Assembly: GCF_013315695.1 (NCBI RefSeq)
Contig: NZ_CP054353.1
Source of the DNA: Escherichia coli
Lineage (GTDB): Bacteria; Pseudomonadota; Gammaproteobacteria; Enterobacterales; Enterobacteriaceae
Length of the DNA stretch: 64,000 nucleotides
Strand: one strand, 5' to 3'
Made by a program: the position numbers and the translations under genes. This document shows, piece after piece, positions 12,684-25,230 of the stretch (position 1 is its first letter; each line of letters begins with the position of its first letter). A model generated the notes under the pieces. It was not told the DNA's origin. It ran no database searches and saw only the letters and a list, made by a program, of their open reading frames with translations.

Positions 12684-13595
12684 TTAACGTTGTGCTTCGC
12701 CACCTAATCCTTCAATCAGGTTTTGAATTAACGCTGCCAGTTCACCAGTCATCAGGATGAAATCGGCATCAAAACGCTGGGCGAAATCTTCACGGTCGAT
12801 ATCTTCGTTTTGATCGCGCAGCTCGTCGCAGAACTTCAGACGCTTGAGCGAACCATCGTCGCACATCACAAACTGAATGCGTTGCTGCCAGTCGAGCGCC
12901 AGTTTAGTCACCACTTTTCCGGCTTCGATGTGGTTGGTGATCTCTTCGCTGGTCAGATCTTGTTTCTTCGCGCGGATCACGCCGCCATCTTCCAGCAGTG
13001 ATTTCAGCTCGGCTTCATCAAGCAGCTGGAAGCCCTGTGCTGCGCTGCCGGAGCGTACCCATTCGGTCAACGTCAGTTCAATCGGGTTTTCCATGCTTAA
13101 TGGTACAACCGGTAACGACCCCAGGCTTTTACGCAGTAATGCCAGCGTGTCTTCCGCTTTTTTGGCACTGGCGCAGTCCACCATAATCAAACCGTTAACC
13201 GTGTCGATCCACATCATTGTCTGGCTAAAACGGCTGAAAGCACGCGGCAGCAGAGAATGCAGCACTTCGTCTTTCAGCGAATCTTTTTCGGTTTTCTTCA
13301 GCTTACGCGCCTGTTCCGCTTCCAGTTTGGCGATTTTCGCTTCCAGCGCCTGTTTAATCACCGGAGACGGGAGGATTTTTTCTTCTTTGCGCGCGCAGAT
13401 AACAATTTGACCATTGGCAACGTGCGTTAACGCATCGCTGTGCGATCCCATCGGAGGAACCCAGCCCATCTTCGCCATGTCCTGGCTGCCGCATGGGGTA
13501 AATGCCATCGAGGCTAGCTGTTTTTCCATCTCTTCTGCACGCAGCGAAATCTCGCGGCTAAGACGGTAAACCATTAAATTTTTGAACCACAGCAT
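12684..13595 (-). CDS. rdgC: Recombination-associated protein RdgC
   Basis: 303-aa protein from [18 protein letters not shown]...; ORF track over-extended by 24 codons. Confidence 0.95.
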
Positions 13596-13719
13596 GATAA
13601 TTTCCACGGCCTTGTCGTTAAATTTAGCGGGCATGATAACGAATTGTCGGCGGGCTTGCATTGCCAATCCGGTTGTCCGTCTCTACGCTATTGATATTGA
13701 AAAAAATAAGGAGAGTACC

Positions 13720-14628
13720 GTGCGTATAGGTATCGATTTAGGCGGCACCAAAACTGAAGTGATTGCACTGGGCGATGCAGGGGAGCAGTTGTACCGCCAT
13801 CGTCTGCCCACGCCGCGTGATGATTACCGGCAGACTATTGAAACGATCGCCACGTTGGTTGATATGGCGGAGCAGGCGACAGGGCAGCGCGGAACGGTAG
13901 GTATGGGCATTCCTGGCTCAATTTCGCCTTACACCGGCGTGGTGAAGAATGCCAATTCAACCTGGCTCAACGGTCAGCCATTCGATAAAGACTTAAGCGC
14001 GAGGTTGCAGCGGGAAGTGCGGCTGGCAAATGACGCCAACTGTCTGGCGGTTTCTGAAGCAGTAGATGGCGCGGCAGCGGGAGCGCAGACGGTATTTGCC
14101 GTGATTATCGGCACGGGATGCGGCGCGGGCGTGGCATTCAATGGGCGGGCGCATATCGGCGGCAATGGCACGGCAGGCGAGTGGGGGCACAATCCGCTAC
14201 CGTGGATGGACGAAGACGAACTGCGTTATCGCGAGGAAGTCCCTTGTTATTGCGGTAAACAAGGTTGTATTGAAACCTTTATTTCGGGCACGGGATTCGC
14301 GACGGATTATCGTCGTTTGAGCGGACATGCGCTGAAAGGCAGTGAAATTATCCGCCTGGTTGAAGAAAGCGATCCGGTAGCGGAACTGGCATTGCGTCGC
14401 TACGAGCTGCGGCTGGCAAAATCGCTGGCACATGTCGTGAATATTCTCGATCCGGATGTGATTGTCCTGGGGGGCGGGATGAGCAATGTCGACCGTTTAT
14501 ATCAAACGGTTCCGCAGTTGATTAAACAATTTGTCTTCGGCGGCGAATGTGAAACGCCGGTGCGTAAGGCGAAGCACGGTGATTCCAGCGGCGTACGCGG
14601 CGCTGCGTGGTTATGGCCACAAGAGTAA
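13720..14628 (+). CDS. mak: Fructokinase / manno(fructo)kinase Mak (ROK family)
   Basis: GTG start, [14 protein letters not shown]... ROK sugar kinase, 302 aa. Confidence 0.9.
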   Translation: MRIGIDLGGTKTEVIALGDAGEQLYRHRLPTPRDDYRQTIETIATLVDMAEQATGQRGTVGMGIPGSISPYTGVVKNANSTWLNGQPFDKDLSARLQREVRLANDANCLAVSEAVDGAAAGAQTVFAVIIGTGCGAGVAFNGRAHIGGNGTAGEWGHNPLPWMDEDELRYREEVPCYCGKQGCIETFISGTGFATDYRRLSGHALKGSEIIRLVEESDPVAELALRRYELRLAKSLAHVVNILDPDVIVLGGGMSNVDRLYQTVPQLIKQFVFGGECETPVRKAKHGDSSGVRGAAWLWPQE

Positions 14629-14640
14629 AAAACCCAGGCA

Positions 14641-14730
14641 ATTGGCGCATCATGCCTGATGCGACGCTTGCCGCGTCTTATCAGGCCTGCAAAATGTGCC
14701 GGAACCGCAGGCCGATAACGCGTTCATGCC
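14641..14730. repeat. REP (repetitive extragenic palindromic) elements
   Basis: GCCTGATGCGACGCTTGCCGCGTCTTATCAGGCCTGC and GCCGCATCCGGCA-type palindromes between convergent mak and araJ. Confidence 0.55.
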
Positions 14731-14767
14731 GCATCCGGCAATAAGCAACGCGCAACGTGACTGCAAT

Positions 14768-15209
14768 CTACCCCAGTGGTTTCGCCAGCACCGGACTATC
14801 CGCCGCTTGCTGGCGCTTATAGCGACCATACAGCAGCAACGACGACATCGCAGCAAACGAAAGCAGGGCGGCAGGCAGCGCCACGTAATTATATGCCATC
14901 CCCAGCGTCAGCATCATACCACCGCAATATGCGCCGACGGCGCTACCGAGGTTAAACGCTATTTGCCCACCTGCGGCACCTAATAACTCTCCGCCTTTTG
15001 CGTTTTGCAGTAACAATATTTGCAGAGGTGCTGAAAGGGCAAATAATCCCGCGCAACAAATAAAAGCAAAAATAAGCGACGTTATTTTCATGCCGCCGAA
15101 GAAAAAGAGCATCAACAGTGCCAGTACAATGATAAAGTCAGTCACTGCTGCAATGCGCAGTGGTGAATAACGTCCTGAAATCCGGCCACTTAGCACATTC
15201 CCCAGCACC
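14768..15209 (-). pseudogene. araJ: araJ, C-terminal portion (gene split by IS1)
   Basis: Encodes ...VLGNVLSGRISGRYSPLRIAAVTDF... to the AraJ C-terminus; the ORF reads into the IS1 end. Confidence 0.85.
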
Positions 15210-15264
15210 GGTGATGCTGCCAACTTACTGATTTAGTGTATGATGGTGTTTTTGAGGTGCTCCA

Positions 15265-15540
15265 GTGGCTTCTGTTTCTATCAGCTGTCCCTCCTGTTCA
15301 GCTACTGACGGGGTGGTGCGTAACGGCAAAAGCACCGCCGGACATCAGCGCTATCTCTGCTCTCACTGCCGTAAAACATGGCAACTGCAGTTCACTTACA
15401 CCGCTTCTCAACCCGGTACGCACCAGAAAATCATTGATATGGCCATGAATGGCGTTGGATGCCGGGCAACAGCCCGCATTATGGGCGTTGGCCTCAACAC
15501 GATTTTACGTCACTTAAAAAACTCAGGCCGCAGTCGGTAA
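15265..15540 (+). CDS. insA: IS1 InsA
   Basis: 91-aa [43 protein letters not shown]... Confidence 0.95.
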
Positions 15541-15962
15541 CCTCGCGCATACAGCCGGGCAGTGACGTCATCGTCTGCGCGGAAATGGACGAACAGTGGG
15601 GCTATGTCGGGGCTAAATCGCGCCAGCGCTGGCTGTTTTACGCGTATGACAGGCTCCGGAAGACGGTTGTTGCGCACGTATTCGGTGAACGCACTATGGC
15701 GACGCTGGGGCGTCTTATGAGCCTGCTGTCACCCTTTGACGTGGTGATATGGATGACGGATGGCTGGCCGCTGTATGAATCCCGCCTGAAGGGAAAGCTG
15801 CACGTAATCAGCAAGCGATATACGCAGCGAATTGAGCGGCATAACCTGAATCTGAGGCAGCACCTGGCACGGCTGGGACGGAAGTCGCTGTCGTTCTCAA
15901 AATCGGTGGAGCTGCATGACAAAGTCATCGGGCATTATCTGAACATAAAACACTATCAATAA
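15459..15962 (+). CDS. insB: IS1 InsB (expressed as InsAB' by -1 frameshift at the A6C motif)
   Basis: 167-aa ORF overlapping the insA 3' end; TTAAAAAAC slippery run at the overlap. Confidence 0.95.
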
Positions 15963-15977
15963 GTTGGAGTCATTACC

Positions 15978-16729
15978 CCCAGCACCATCCCTAGCCCCAC
16001 TAACATCATAATAAAGGTCATCGCCGTTTCCGAAAAACCGGAAATAAACATCATGTATGGCTTTACGTAGCTGAACCAGGCAAACACACCTGCGTTGCCA
16101 AACATCGTAGCGGCGAAAATTAACCACGGGGCAGGGCTGCGTAAAAAGTGAAATTGTTCGCGTAGTTTTCCTTTCGCCTCGTCGCGAATATCCGGCACCC
16201 AAAAATAGACCGATGCCATCACCGCAATATTAAAAACAGCGATCAACAAAAAGGTGTAGCGCCAGCTAAATTCCTGACTTAAATACGTTCCCAGTGGAAT
16301 GCCCAGCAAATTGGCGACTGTCATCCCGGAAACCATCCCTGCCACGGCGGCGGTGACTTTGCCGGGTTTGATAATTTTTGATAACACGATCGCTCCGACG
16401 CCAAAAAATGCGCCATGCGGAAAGCCGGATACCAGCCGACCAATGGCGAGCATCAGGTAAGACGAAGAGAGCGTGAACATGGCGTTGCCAATGACGCACA
16501 ACGCCACCAGAAACAATAAGATATGTTTGAGTGAGTAGCGACTGGAAAAAAGCGCGATGATTGGCGCACCGACCACCACCCCCAGCGCATAATACGAGAT
16601 CATATGCCCGGCGGCAGGAATCGAAATTCCTACGTTATGCGCCAGCTCCGTGAGCACGCCCATAATGCCAAATTCGGCCATCCCCAAACCAAACGTGCCC
16701 AGAGCCAAAGATAAAATGACTTTTTTCAT
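15978..16729 (-). pseudogene. araJ: araJ, N-terminal portion (gene split by IS1)
   Basis: Starts MKKVILSLALGTFGLGMAEFGIMGVL... (MFS transporter); with the C-terminal portion and minus the 9-bp duplication it reconstitutes 1185 bp (394 aa). Confidence 0.85.
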
Positions 16730-16854
16730 ACCACCATCACAACCACCAGAACGGCTACTAATCACCGTAGCCAATAAAGTGATAGCTTGCAGGATAACGA
16801 CCAGCGAGGCCAAGAGATAATTCGCCCCTCTGTATTCATTATCCTGCTGAATAG

Positions 16855-19800
16855 TTATTTCACTGCAAACGCACTTTCCAGTTTGCTGTAGCCCAGTCCA
16901 TTGATCTTTTTCACTTTGATCTGCACCGGAATACGCTCTTTCATCGCTTCAACGTGGCTAATCACACCGATGGTTTTGCCACTGGCATTCAGGGCATCCA
17001 GCGCATCAAGGGCGGTATCCAGCGTTTCGCTATCCAGCGTGCCAAAACCTTCATCAAGGAACAGCGAGTCAATACGCGTTTTATGGCTGACCAGATCCGA
17101 AAGCGCCAGCGCCAGCGCCAGACTGACGAGGAAACTTTCGCCGCCGGAAAGGGTACGGGTATCGCGTACCGCATCTGCCTGCCAGGTATCAACAACCTCG
17201 ACTTCCAGCGCCTCGCTGGCTTTGCGCTGTAACAGATAGCGCCCGTGCAGCCGGGTAAGTTGCTGATTAGCGAGATGGACTAAATTATCCAGCGTCAGCC
17301 CCTGGGCAAACTTGCGGAATTTATCGCCCTCTTTGGAACCTATTAGCGAATTCAGATATCCCCAGTCCTCAACCTGCTGCGTCATTTGAGCAATTTGCTG
17401 CATTAAGGTTTGTTGTTGCTGACGGTTGTCTGCATCCTGCTTCAGCTGCTGGCGAATCTCGCCCTGACTGGTGGTATTTTCACGCAACTTTTGCTGAGTT
17501 TGCGCTAACTCTTGCTGAATCTGCTCCACCGTCACACTGAGATCCAGGCCGTCAGGTCGGTGTTGCTGATGCTGTGCCAGCGCTTCTGCTGTCTGAGTGA
17601 CCAGCGTTTGCGCCTGACGGCGCTGGTTTTCCAGATTCTGCTTGAGCTGTTCCAGTTGCGTTAGTGTTTGTTCATCCATTAGCGCCGCAAGGAACGCCTG
17701 CTGATCGTCAAAGACGCTGGCCTGTAGCGCGGTGTCAAACTGCGCCTGGGCTTTTTGCAGACTTTGCGCCGCCAGAATGTCCTGTTGCTGTAACGTCTGC
17801 TGCTGGCTGTGTAATGCGAGACATTGTTCATGAACCTGCCGCCAGTTTTCCAGCACCACAGTTTCTTCGCTGTGCGGGAGTTCATCACTTTGCGGCAACG
17901 TTTCCAGAATCGGCGTCAGTTGCTGAATACGGTTTTGCAGCGCGGTTAATTCGTTCTGGCGTTGCTGCCAGCGCTGCGCTTCTTGCTGACGCGCCGCCAG
18001 CCAGCTCTCTTCTTCATCTTCCTGTGGCAATGTCAGTGCATAACCCGCCAATGCCGTTAAGAGCTGCTGCTGGCGTTGTTCAATTTGCTGTTGATACTGG
18101 ATAATTTGCTGATTATGCGCGGCAATCTGCCCTTGTAATTCATGCCGTTGGCTGAGTAACCGCAGCTGGCGTTCGTGCTCATCTTGTGCATCCAGCCACG
18201 GTTGAATATCGTCCTGTGGCTGCAAGGTGATATTGAGGCTGGCCATGACGGCTTGCCATTGTTGAGTAAGTGCTTGCTCATCTTGTCGGAGGCTTTGCGC
18301 TTCGTTTTCATCACGCTGAAGTTGCTTTGTTAAGGCGTCCAGTTGCCCACGTAGCGTCGCACCTTCTTCACCGAGCTTTTTAACTTCGTTTTCCAGCGCC
18401 AGTAATCGAGACTGATTAACGCCAGGCTCCAGCGCCTGATACGCCTCGACCGCCGGGTGGCTGGTGGAACCACAAAGTGGACAAGGCTGACCCGCCTGTA
18501 ACTGCGCGCGCTGGGCTTCCAGCGTTTTGATGCGTGCTTCCTGCTCGCAAATGGTTTTGACATCGGCAAGTTGCTGCATCTTTTCTTTATAACGCTGGCG
18601 CATTTCGTTAAGTGCGGCGTTACGTTGCGTCTGTTCCAGAGTGACATTCTGGATAGCGACCTGTAACTGCGCCAGACGTTTTTGTTGGGGAACAATCTGT
18701 CCATGCAGCGCGACCAGGCGCTGACGCAGTGGGCGTTGCTCGGCATGTTGCGCCAGGGCGGTAGCAACTTCATCGGTGGTTAACGTCAACGTAATCGCCG
18801 CAAGCGCATTAAGTTTTTGCTCTGCATGGGTTAACTGTTGCTGCCATTGCCGCAGATGCTCGCGATCGCTGGTTTGTTGGGAGAACTGCGCACGCCAACC
18901 CGCCAGTTCGTTGTTCCACTGACGGAAGCGGTCGTGTTCCTGTAGCCAGGCATTCAGACTTTGTTGCTGCTGCTGTAATTCTGCTGACTGCTTCGCCGCG
19001 TGGTGGCGAATGCTCGCGCGAAGCGCCATTGTGCTCTGTAAGCGAGTATTTACTTCTTCAATCTGCTGGCGAGTATGCGCCAGCGCCGCGCTGTGTTCTG
19101 CGATGCGTTCCCAGTGCGGACGAAGATTTCGTGCCGGTTGTGCCAGACTGAGCGCCGCAAGTTGAGGTTGCGCTTTTTCTTCTTCGGCTAACGCCTGTTG
19201 CAATGCCTGTTGACGGCAGCTGGCTTCTTGCTGCAATTCGTCCAGACGCGTTAACCAGTTTAGTGATTGTTGTTCTTGCTGCTGCGCGGTAAGTAACTGT
19301 TTTTCTTCGTCAGTAAGTACCTGCAAACTCGCTGTCAGCGATTGCACTTGTTCTGGCGTGAGCAACGCGACGCCGCTGGCCTGCGCTTGCAGCTTCTCCA
19401 GCTCTGTGCGGGCCGATTTGTGCTGCTCAAAAACCATCGACGAGATTTGCCCGTAGATTTCAGTGCCAGTTAACTCCTCGAGCAATTCCGCGCGTTCTTT
19501 GGGTTTGGCATTCAGGAAGGCAGCAAATTGCCCCTGCGAAAGCAGCATCGAACGGGTGAAGCGCCCGTAATCCAGTCCGGTTAACGTCGCCGTCAGTTCC
19601 AGCTTATCTTTCACTTTGTCGGCGAGAATTTTGCCGTCTGCGCAGCGCGCCAGCTCTACGCGTGGCACCTGCAAATTACCGTCCGGCTGGTTACGCGCCC
19701 GATTCTGGCTCCAGAACGTGCGATACGCTTCACCTTTGACTTCAAACTCCACTTCCGCCAGACATTCGGCGGTATCGCGAGTCATGAGATCATTTTGCGA

Positions 19801-19998
19801 TTGTGAAACGTTAGAGAGGCGCGGGGTTTCGTGATACAGCGCCAGACAAATGGCGTCCAGCAGGGTGGTTTTCCCCGCACCGGTTGGGCCGGTAATAGCA
19901 AACAGCCCGTTGCTGGCGAACGGCTCGCGGGTGAAATCAATCTTCCATTCGCCTTTTAATGAGTTCAGGTTTTTCAGGCGCAGGCTGAGAATTTTCAT
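16855..19998 (-). CDS. sbcC: SbcC exonuclease subunit (SMC-like ATPase)
   Basis: 1047-aa ORF with Walker A ([13 protein letters not shown]), long Q-rich coiled coil, CPLC zinc hook. Confidence 0.95.
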   Translation of the reverse strand: MKILSLRLKNLNSLKGEWKIDFTREPFASNGLFAITGPTGAGKTTLLDAICLALYHETPRLSNVSQSQNDLMTRDTAECLAEVEFEVKGEAYRTFWSQNRARNQPDGNLQVPRVELARCADGKILADKVKDKLELTATLTGLDYGRFTRSMLLSQGQFAAFLNAKPKERAELLEELTGTEIYGQISSMVFEQHKSARTELEKLQAQASGVALLTPEQVQSLTASLQVLTDEEKQLLTAQQQEQQSLNWLTRLDELQQEASCRQQALQQALAEEEKAQPQLAALSLAQPARNLRPHWERIAEHSAALAHTRQQIEEVNTRLQSTMALRASIRHHAAKQSAELQQQQQSLNAWLQEHDRFRQWNNELAGWRAQFSQQTSDREHLRQWQQQLTHAEQKLNALAAITLTLTTDEVATALAQHAEQRPLRQRLVALHGQIVPQQKRLAQLQVAIQNVTLEQTQRNAALNEMRQRYKEKMQQLADVKTICEQEARIKTLEAQRAQLQAGQPCPLCGSTSHPAVEAYQALEPGVNQSRLLALENEVKKLGEEGATLRGQLDALTKQLQRDENEAQSLRQDEQALTQQWQAVMASLNITLQPQDDIQPWLDAQDEHERQLRLLSQRHELQGQIAAHNQQIIQYQQQIEQRQQQLLTALAGYALTLPQEDEEESWLAARQQEAQRWQQRQNELTALQNRIQQLTPILETLPQSDELPHSEETVVLENWRQVHEQCLALHSQQQTLQQQDILAAQSLQKAQAQFDTALQASVFDDQQAFLAALMDEQTLTQLEQLKQNLENQRRQAQTLVTQTAEALAQHQQHRPDGLDLSVTVEQIQQELAQTQQKLRENTTSQGEIRQQLKQDADNRQQQQTLMQQIAQMTQQVEDWGYLNSLIGSKEGDKFRKFAQGLTLDNLVHLANQQLTRLHGRYLLQRKASEALEVEVVDTWQADAVRDTRTLSGGESFLVSLALALALSDLVSHKTRIDSLFLDEGFGTLDSETLDTALDALDALNASGKTIGVISHVEAMKERIPVQIKVKKINGLGYSKLESAFAVK

Positions 19999-21197
19999 GC
20001 TTCGTGTTCTCCGGCGAGGCTATGCAATGTCGTGGCGAAAAGATGCTGCAGACGTTGCTGCTGCGATTCATCCAGTTCTTCCAGTGCCAGACGGCGATTG
20101 AACACCTCTTCGACGCTGAGTTCGCTGAGGGTTTCACGCTGTTGGCTGGCTAACACACGCTCGCGCTGTTCACGACTCCGGCGTACCAGCAATACTTCAA
20201 CGGGCAATGATTCGGTTAATGCCTGGATTTTGCGCTGAATATCATGCAGATACTCATCAGTAGTGATTTCGATATCCAGCCAGACAGGTGGCTCCTGTGA
20301 TACATCGCGCCACTGTTCCAGCTGTGCGGTAATCGACGCCAGATCGCCTTTCAGCACCGCCATGGGTTGCGTTACCGGTACGTTCAGGTTTTCCACGTTC
20401 TCTAATTTGCCGTTTGAAAATGTCACCAGATGGACATATTTACTCTTACCGCATTCATCAAAACTCAGTGGTATGGGGGAACCGCAATAGCGAACATGTT
20501 CCATGCCGCCAATAATCTGCGCGCGGTGAATATGCCCGAGCGCGATGTAGTCGGCTGGTGGAAAGTTTTGTGCCGGAAACGCGTCCAGCGTGCCAATATA
20601 AATGTCACGCACGGCGTCACTTTTACTGGCACCCACGGTCGTTAAATGTCCCGTGGCGATGATGGGCAGAGGCTGATCGCCGCGCAGTTTGCAGGCATCG
20701 GCATAATGTTGTTGATAATAATCAGTAATAGCCGCCAGCAAATGCTGCTGTTTTTCAATACCGTTAAGCCCCGCCTGGCTGGTAATAATGTCACGCGGGC
20801 GTAAAAAAGGTATGGGACACAGCACTGCGCCTGGCGTCCCGTCGCGACGAGGCAAGATTTGCGGCGCATGTCCGGCGCTGGCGACCACGGTAGTATTGAG
20901 GAACGCCATGATATCGCGCGATTCATTCAGCGTGGCGACCGAGTCATGGTTTCCTGCCAGTACCACCAGATGACAGCCAGTTTGCTGTAAATTGACAACA
21001 AAACGGTTGTATAACGTGCGGGCGTAACTGGGCGGCGAGCCGGTATCGAAAACATCACCGGCAACAATAATCGCATCCACCTGATGGGCTTGTGCTGTCT
21101 CCAGCAGCCAGTCAAGAAAAGCCTGATGTTCGGCTTCGCGGCTCTTACTGTAGAAGTTCTGGCCGAGATGCCAGTCTGAGGTGTGAAGGATGCGCAT
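19995..21197 (-). CDS. sbcD: SbcD nuclease subunit (Mre11-like phosphoesterase)
   Basis: 400-aa protein from [16 protein letters not shown]...; 4-bp overlap with sbcC. Confidence 0.95.
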   Translation of the reverse strand: MRILHTSDWHLGQNFYSKSREAEHQAFLDWLLETAQAHQVDAIIVAGDVFDTGSPPSYARTLYNRFVVNLQQTGCHLVVLAGNHDSVATLNESRDIMAFLNTTVVASAGHAPQILPRRDGTPGAVLCPIPFLRPRDIITSQAGLNGIEKQQHLLAAITDYYQQHYADACKLRGDQPLPIIATGHLTTVGASKSDAVRDIYIGTLDAFPAQNFPPADYIALGHIHRAQIIGGMEHVRYCGSPIPLSFDECGKSKYVHLVTFSNGKLENVENLNVPVTQPMAVLKGDLASITAQLEQWRDVSQEPPVWLDIEITTDEYLHDIQRKIQALTESLPVEVLLVRRSREQRERVLASQQRETLSELSVEEVFNRRLALEELDESQQQRLQHLFATTLHSLAGEHEA

Positions 21198-21304
21198 AAC
21201 GGTTCCCTGGCGAAAAAGCATGGGCGCGATTATACCCAAACAGATGTGCCATTTGCTTTTTTCTGCGCCACGGAAATCAATAACCTGAAGATATGTGCGA
21301 CGAG

Positions 21305-21346
21305 CTTTTCATAAATCTGTCATAAATCTGACGCATAATGACGTCG
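21305..21346 (+). promoter_or_regulatory. Pho boxes of the phoBR promoter
   Basis: TTTTCATAAATCTGTCATAAATCTGACGCATAATGACGTCGC, tandem CTGTCAT-like repeats about 50 bp upstream of phoB. Confidence 0.75.
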
Positions 21347-21386
21347 CATTAATGATCGCAACCTATTTATTACAACAGGGCAAATC

Positions 21387-22076
21387 ATGGCGAGACGTAT
21401 TCTGGTCGTAGAAGATGAAGCTCCAATTCGCGAAATGGTCTGCTTCGTGCTCGAACAAAATGGCTTTCAGCCGGTCGAAGCGGAAGATTATGACAGTGCT
21501 GTGAATCAACTGAATGAACCCTGGCCGGATTTAATTCTCCTTGACTGGATGTTACCTGGCGGCTCCGGTATCCAGTTCATCAAACACCTCAAGCGCGAGT
21601 CGATGACCCGGGATATTCCAGTGGTGATGTTGACCGCCAGAGGGGAAGAAGAAGATCGCGTGCGCGGCCTTGAAACCGGTGCGGATGACTATATCACCAA
21701 GCCGTTTTCGCCGAAGGAGCTGGTGGCGCGAATCAAAGCGGTAATGCGCCGTATTTCGCCGATGGCGGTGGAAGAGGTGATTGAGATGCAGGGGCTCAGT
21801 CTCGACCCGACATCTCACCGGGTGATGGCGGGCGAAGAACCGCTGGAGATGGGGCCGACAGAATTTAAACTGCTGCACTTTTTTATGACGCATCCTGAGC
21901 GCGTGTACAGCCGCGAGCAGCTGTTAAACCACGTCTGGGGAACCAACGTGTATGTGGAAGATCGTACAGTCGATGTCCACATTCGTCGCCTGCGTAAAGC
22001 ACTGGAGCCCGGCGGGCATGACCGCATGGTGCAGACCGTGCGCGGTACAGGATATCGTTTTTCAACCCGCTTTTAA
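21387..22076 (+). CDS. phoB: Phosphate regulon response regulator PhoB
   Basis: 229-aa [21 protein letters not shown]... Confidence 0.95.
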
Positions 22077-22133
22077 CGCCTTGCTCATCGGACGCAGAGC
22101 AGGGCTTATGAATTCTTAACTGGAGTATCTTAC

Positions 22134-23429
22134 GTGCTGGAGCGGCTGTCGTGGAAAAGGCTGGTGCTGGAGCTGCTACTTTGCTGCCTCCCGGCTTTCA
22201 TCCTGGGTGCATTTTTTGGTTACCTGCCCTGGTTTTTGCTGGCATCGGTAACGGGACTGCTTATCTGGCATTTCTGGAATTTATTGCGCCTTTCATGGTG
22301 GCTGTGGGTGGATCGTAGTATGACCCCGCCACCGGGGCGTGGTAGCTGGGAACCGCTGCTATACGGATTACACCAGATGCAGTTGCGAAATAAAAAACGC
22401 CGCCGCGAACTGGGCAATCTGATTAAACGCTTTCGTAGCGGCGCGGAGTCGCTGCCTGATGCGGTGGTGCTGACCACGGAAGAGGGCGGTATTTTCTGGT
22501 GTAATGGTCTGGCGCAACAAATTCTTGGTTTGCGCTGGCCGGAAGATAACGGGCAGAACATCCTTAATCTGCTTCGTTATCCGGAGTTTACGCAATATCT
22601 GAAAACGCGTGATTTTTCTCGCCCGCTCAATCTGGTGCTCAATACCGGGCGGCATCTGGAAATTCGCGTCATGCCTTATACCCACAAACAGTTGCTGATG
22701 GTGGCGCGTGATGTGACGCAAATGCATCAACTGGAAGGGGCGCGGCGTAACTTTTTTGCCAACGTGAGCCATGAGTTACGTACGCCATTGACCGTGTTAC
22801 AGGGTTACCTGGAGATGATGGATGAGCAACCGCTGGAAGGCGCGGTACGTGAAAAAGCGTTGCACACCATGCGCGAGCAGACACAGCGGATGGAAGGGCT
22901 GGTGAAGCAATTGCTGACGCTGTCGAAAATAGAAGCCGCACCGACGCAGTTGCTCAATGAAAAGGTTGATGTGCCGATGATGCTGCGCGTTGTTGAGCGC
23001 GAGGCTCAGACTCTGAGTCAGAAAAAACAGACATTTACCTTTGAGATAGATAACGGCCTCAAGGTGTCAGGCAACGAAGATCAGCTACGCAGTGCGATTT
23101 CGAACCTGGTCTATAACGCCGTGAATCATACGCCGGAAGGCACGCATATCACCGTACGCTGGCAGCGAGTGCCGCATGGTGCCGAATTTAGCGTTGAAGA
23201 TAACGGACCGGGCATTGCACCGGAGCATATTCCGCGCCTGACCGAGCGTTTTTATCGCGTTGATAAAGCGCGTTCCCGGCAAACCGGTGGTAGCGGATTA
23301 GGGTTAGCGATCGTGAAACATGCGGTGAATCATCACGAAAGTCGCCTGAATATTGAGAGTACAGTAGGAAAAGGTACACGTTTCAGTTTTGTTATCCCGG
23401 AACGTTTAATTGCCAAAAACAGCGATTAA
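22134..23429 (+). CDS. phoR: Phosphate regulon sensor histidine kinase PhoR
   Basis: 431-aa ORF with H-box ([11 protein letters not shown]) and ATPase domain. Confidence 0.95.
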   Translation: MLERLSWKRLVLELLLCCLPAFILGAFFGYLPWFLLASVTGLLIWHFWNLLRLSWWLWVDRSMTPPPGRGSWEPLLYGLHQMQLRNKKRRRELGNLIKRFRSGAESLPDAVVLTTEEGGIFWCNGLAQQILGLRWPEDNGQNILNLLRYPEFTQYLKTRDFSRPLNLVLNTGRHLEIRVMPYTHKQLLMVARDVTQMHQLEGARRNFFANVSHELRTPLTVLQGYLEMMDEQPLEGAVREKALHTMREQTQRMEGLVKQLLTLSKIEAAPTQLLNEKVDVPMMLRVVEREAQTLSQKKQTFTFEIDNGLKVSGNEDQLRSAISNLVYNAVNHTPEGTHITVRWQRVPHGAEFSVEDNGPGIAPEHIPRLTERFYRVDKARSRQTGGSGLGLAIVKHAVNHHESRLNIESTVGKGTRFSFVIPERLIAKNSD

Positions 23430-23456
23430 TTCGCCTTTGTCATCTTTTATTGCCAT

Positions 23457-23485
23457 AAGCCAGCCGATGCTGGCTTATTTTCTTT
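23457..23485 (+). terminator. Rho-independent terminator after phoR
   Basis: AAGCCAGCCGATGCTGGCTT hairpin followed by a T-rich run. Confidence 0.6.
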
Positions 23486-23835
23486 GCAGTCGAAATACGG
23501 GCGTTAGATTTTACAATGGTTGGTGATTTTTTGTTCGCATGATTAGCCATGTCTTTTTCATTGAAATAGTGTTTTATACTGGTTGGTGATTTCTTATCGC
23601 TATATACCTCTGGTTTTTAGATCCCTTCTTGCTTTAAAACGTTATAAGCGTTTAAATTGCGCTTCAGGTGCTGTCATACTGACTGCATTTACGCGGTAAA
23701 TCGAAAAACTATTCTTCGCCGCGCCTGGTTGGGAGTATTTCCCGCTAAAATTGTTTAAATATACCGCTGTATCATCCCCAGGGATTGGCACAAAAATTTA
23801 ACGTTACAACACCACATCCACAGGCAGTATGATTT

Positions 23836-25155
23836 ATGACCCATCAATTAAGATTGCGCGATATCATCGCTCTGGGCTTTATGACATTTGCGTTGTTCGT
23901 CGGCGCAGGTAACATTATTTTCCCTCCAATGGTCGGTTTGCAGGCAGGCGAACACGTCTGGACTGCGGCATTCGGCTTCCTCATTACTGCCGTCGGTCTG
24001 CCGGTATTAACGGTGGTGGCGCTGGCGAAAGTTGGCGGCGGTGTTGACAGCCTCAGCACGCCAATCGGTAAAGTCGCTGGCGTACTGCTGGCAACGGTGT
24101 GTTACCTGGCGGTGGGGCCGCTTTTCGCTACGCCGCGTACAGCTACCGTTTCTTTTGAAGTGGGCATTGCGCCGCTGACGGGTGATTCCGCGCTGCCGCT
24201 GTTTATCTACAGCTTGGTTTATTTCGCTATCGTTATTCTGGTTTCGCTCTATCCGGGCAAGCTGCTGGATACCGTGGGCAACTTCCTTGCACCGTTGAAA
24301 ATTATCGCGCTGGTCATCCTGTCTGTTGCCGCAATTATCTGGCCGGCGGGTTCTATCAGCACGGCGACTGAGGCTTATCAAAACGCTGCGTTTTCTAACG
24401 GCTTCGTTAACGGCTATCTGACCATGGATACGCTGGGCGCGATGGTGTTTGGTATCGTTATTGTTAACGCGGCGCGTTCTCGTGGCGTTACTGAAGCGCG
24501 TCTGCTGACCCGTTATACCGTCTGGGCTGGCCTGATGGCGGGTGTTGGTCTGACTCTGCTGTACCTGGCGCTGTTCCGTCTGGGTTCAGACAGCGCGTCG
24601 CTGGTCGATCAGTCTGCAAACGGCGCTGCTATTCTGCATGCTTACGTTCAGCACACCTTTGGCGGCGGCGGTAGCTTCCTGCTGGCGGCGTTAATCTTCA
24701 TCGCCTGCCTGGTCACGGCAGTTGGCCTGACCTGTGCTTGTGCAGAATTCTTTGCCCAGTACGTACCGCTCTCTTATCGTACGCTGGTGTTTATCCTCGG
24801 CGGCTTCTCGATGGTGGTGTCTAACCTCGGTTTGAGCCAGCTGATTCAGATCTCCGTACCGGTGCTGACCGCTATTTATCCGCCGTGTATCGCACTGGTT
24901 GTATTAAGTTTTACACGCTCATGGTGGCATAATTCGTCCCGCGTGATTGCTCCGCCGATGTTTATCAGCCTGCTTTTTGGTATTCTCGACGGGATCAAAG
25001 CATCTGCATTCAGCGATATCTTACCGTCCTGGGCGCAGCGTTTACCGCTGGCCGAACAAGGTCTGGCGTGGTTAATGCCAACAGTGGTGATGGTGGTTCT
25101 GGCCATTATCTGGGATCGCGCGGCAGGTCGTCAGGTGACCTCCAGCGCTCACTAA
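23836..25155 (+). CDS. brnQ: Branched-chain amino acid transporter BrnQ
   Basis: 439-aa membrane [34 protein letters not shown]... Confidence 0.95.
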   Translation: MTHQLRLRDIIALGFMTFALFVGAGNIIFPPMVGLQAGEHVWTAAFGFLITAVGLPVLTVVALAKVGGGVDSLSTPIGKVAGVLLATVCYLAVGPLFATPRTATVSFEVGIAPLTGDSALPLFIYSLVYFAIVILVSLYPGKLLDTVGNFLAPLKIIALVILSVAAIIWPAGSISTATEAYQNAAFSNGFVNGYLTMDTLGAMVFGIVIVNAARSRGVTEARLLTRYTVWAGLMAGVGLTLLYLALFRLGSDSASLVDQSANGAAILHAYVQHTFGGGGSFLLAALIFIACLVTAVGLTCACAEFFAQYVPLSYRTLVFILGGFSMVVSNLGLSQLIQISVPVLTAIYPPCIALVVLSFTRSWWHNSSRVIAPPMFISLLFGILDGIKASAFSDILPSWAQRLPLAEQGLAWLMPTVVMVVLAIIWDRAAGRQVTSSAH

Positions 25156-25176
25156 ATCACTGAACATTTGTTTTAA

Positions 25177-25207
25177 CCACGGGGCTGCGATGCCCCGTGG
25201 TTTTTTA
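25177..25207 (+). terminator. Rho-independent terminator after brnQ
   Basis: CCACGGGGCTGCGATGCCCCGTGG hairpin followed by TTTTTTATT. Confidence 0.75.
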
Positions 25208-25230
25208 TTGTGTTGATGGGTTAGGAATTG

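Larger units (their letters stand above)
15210..15977 (+). mobile_element. IS1 insertion sequence (768 bp)
   Basis: Starts GGTGATGCTGCCAACTTACTGATTTAGTGTATGATGGTG and ends ...AAGTTGGAGTCATTACC; contains insA and insB; flanked by direct repeats CCCAGCACC at 15201-15209 and 15978-15986. Confidence 0.95.

Noticed and set aside
12877-13410. 177-aa plus-strand Ser-rich ORF inside rdgC
   Set aside because: Antisense to rdgC; low-complexity translation; spurious.
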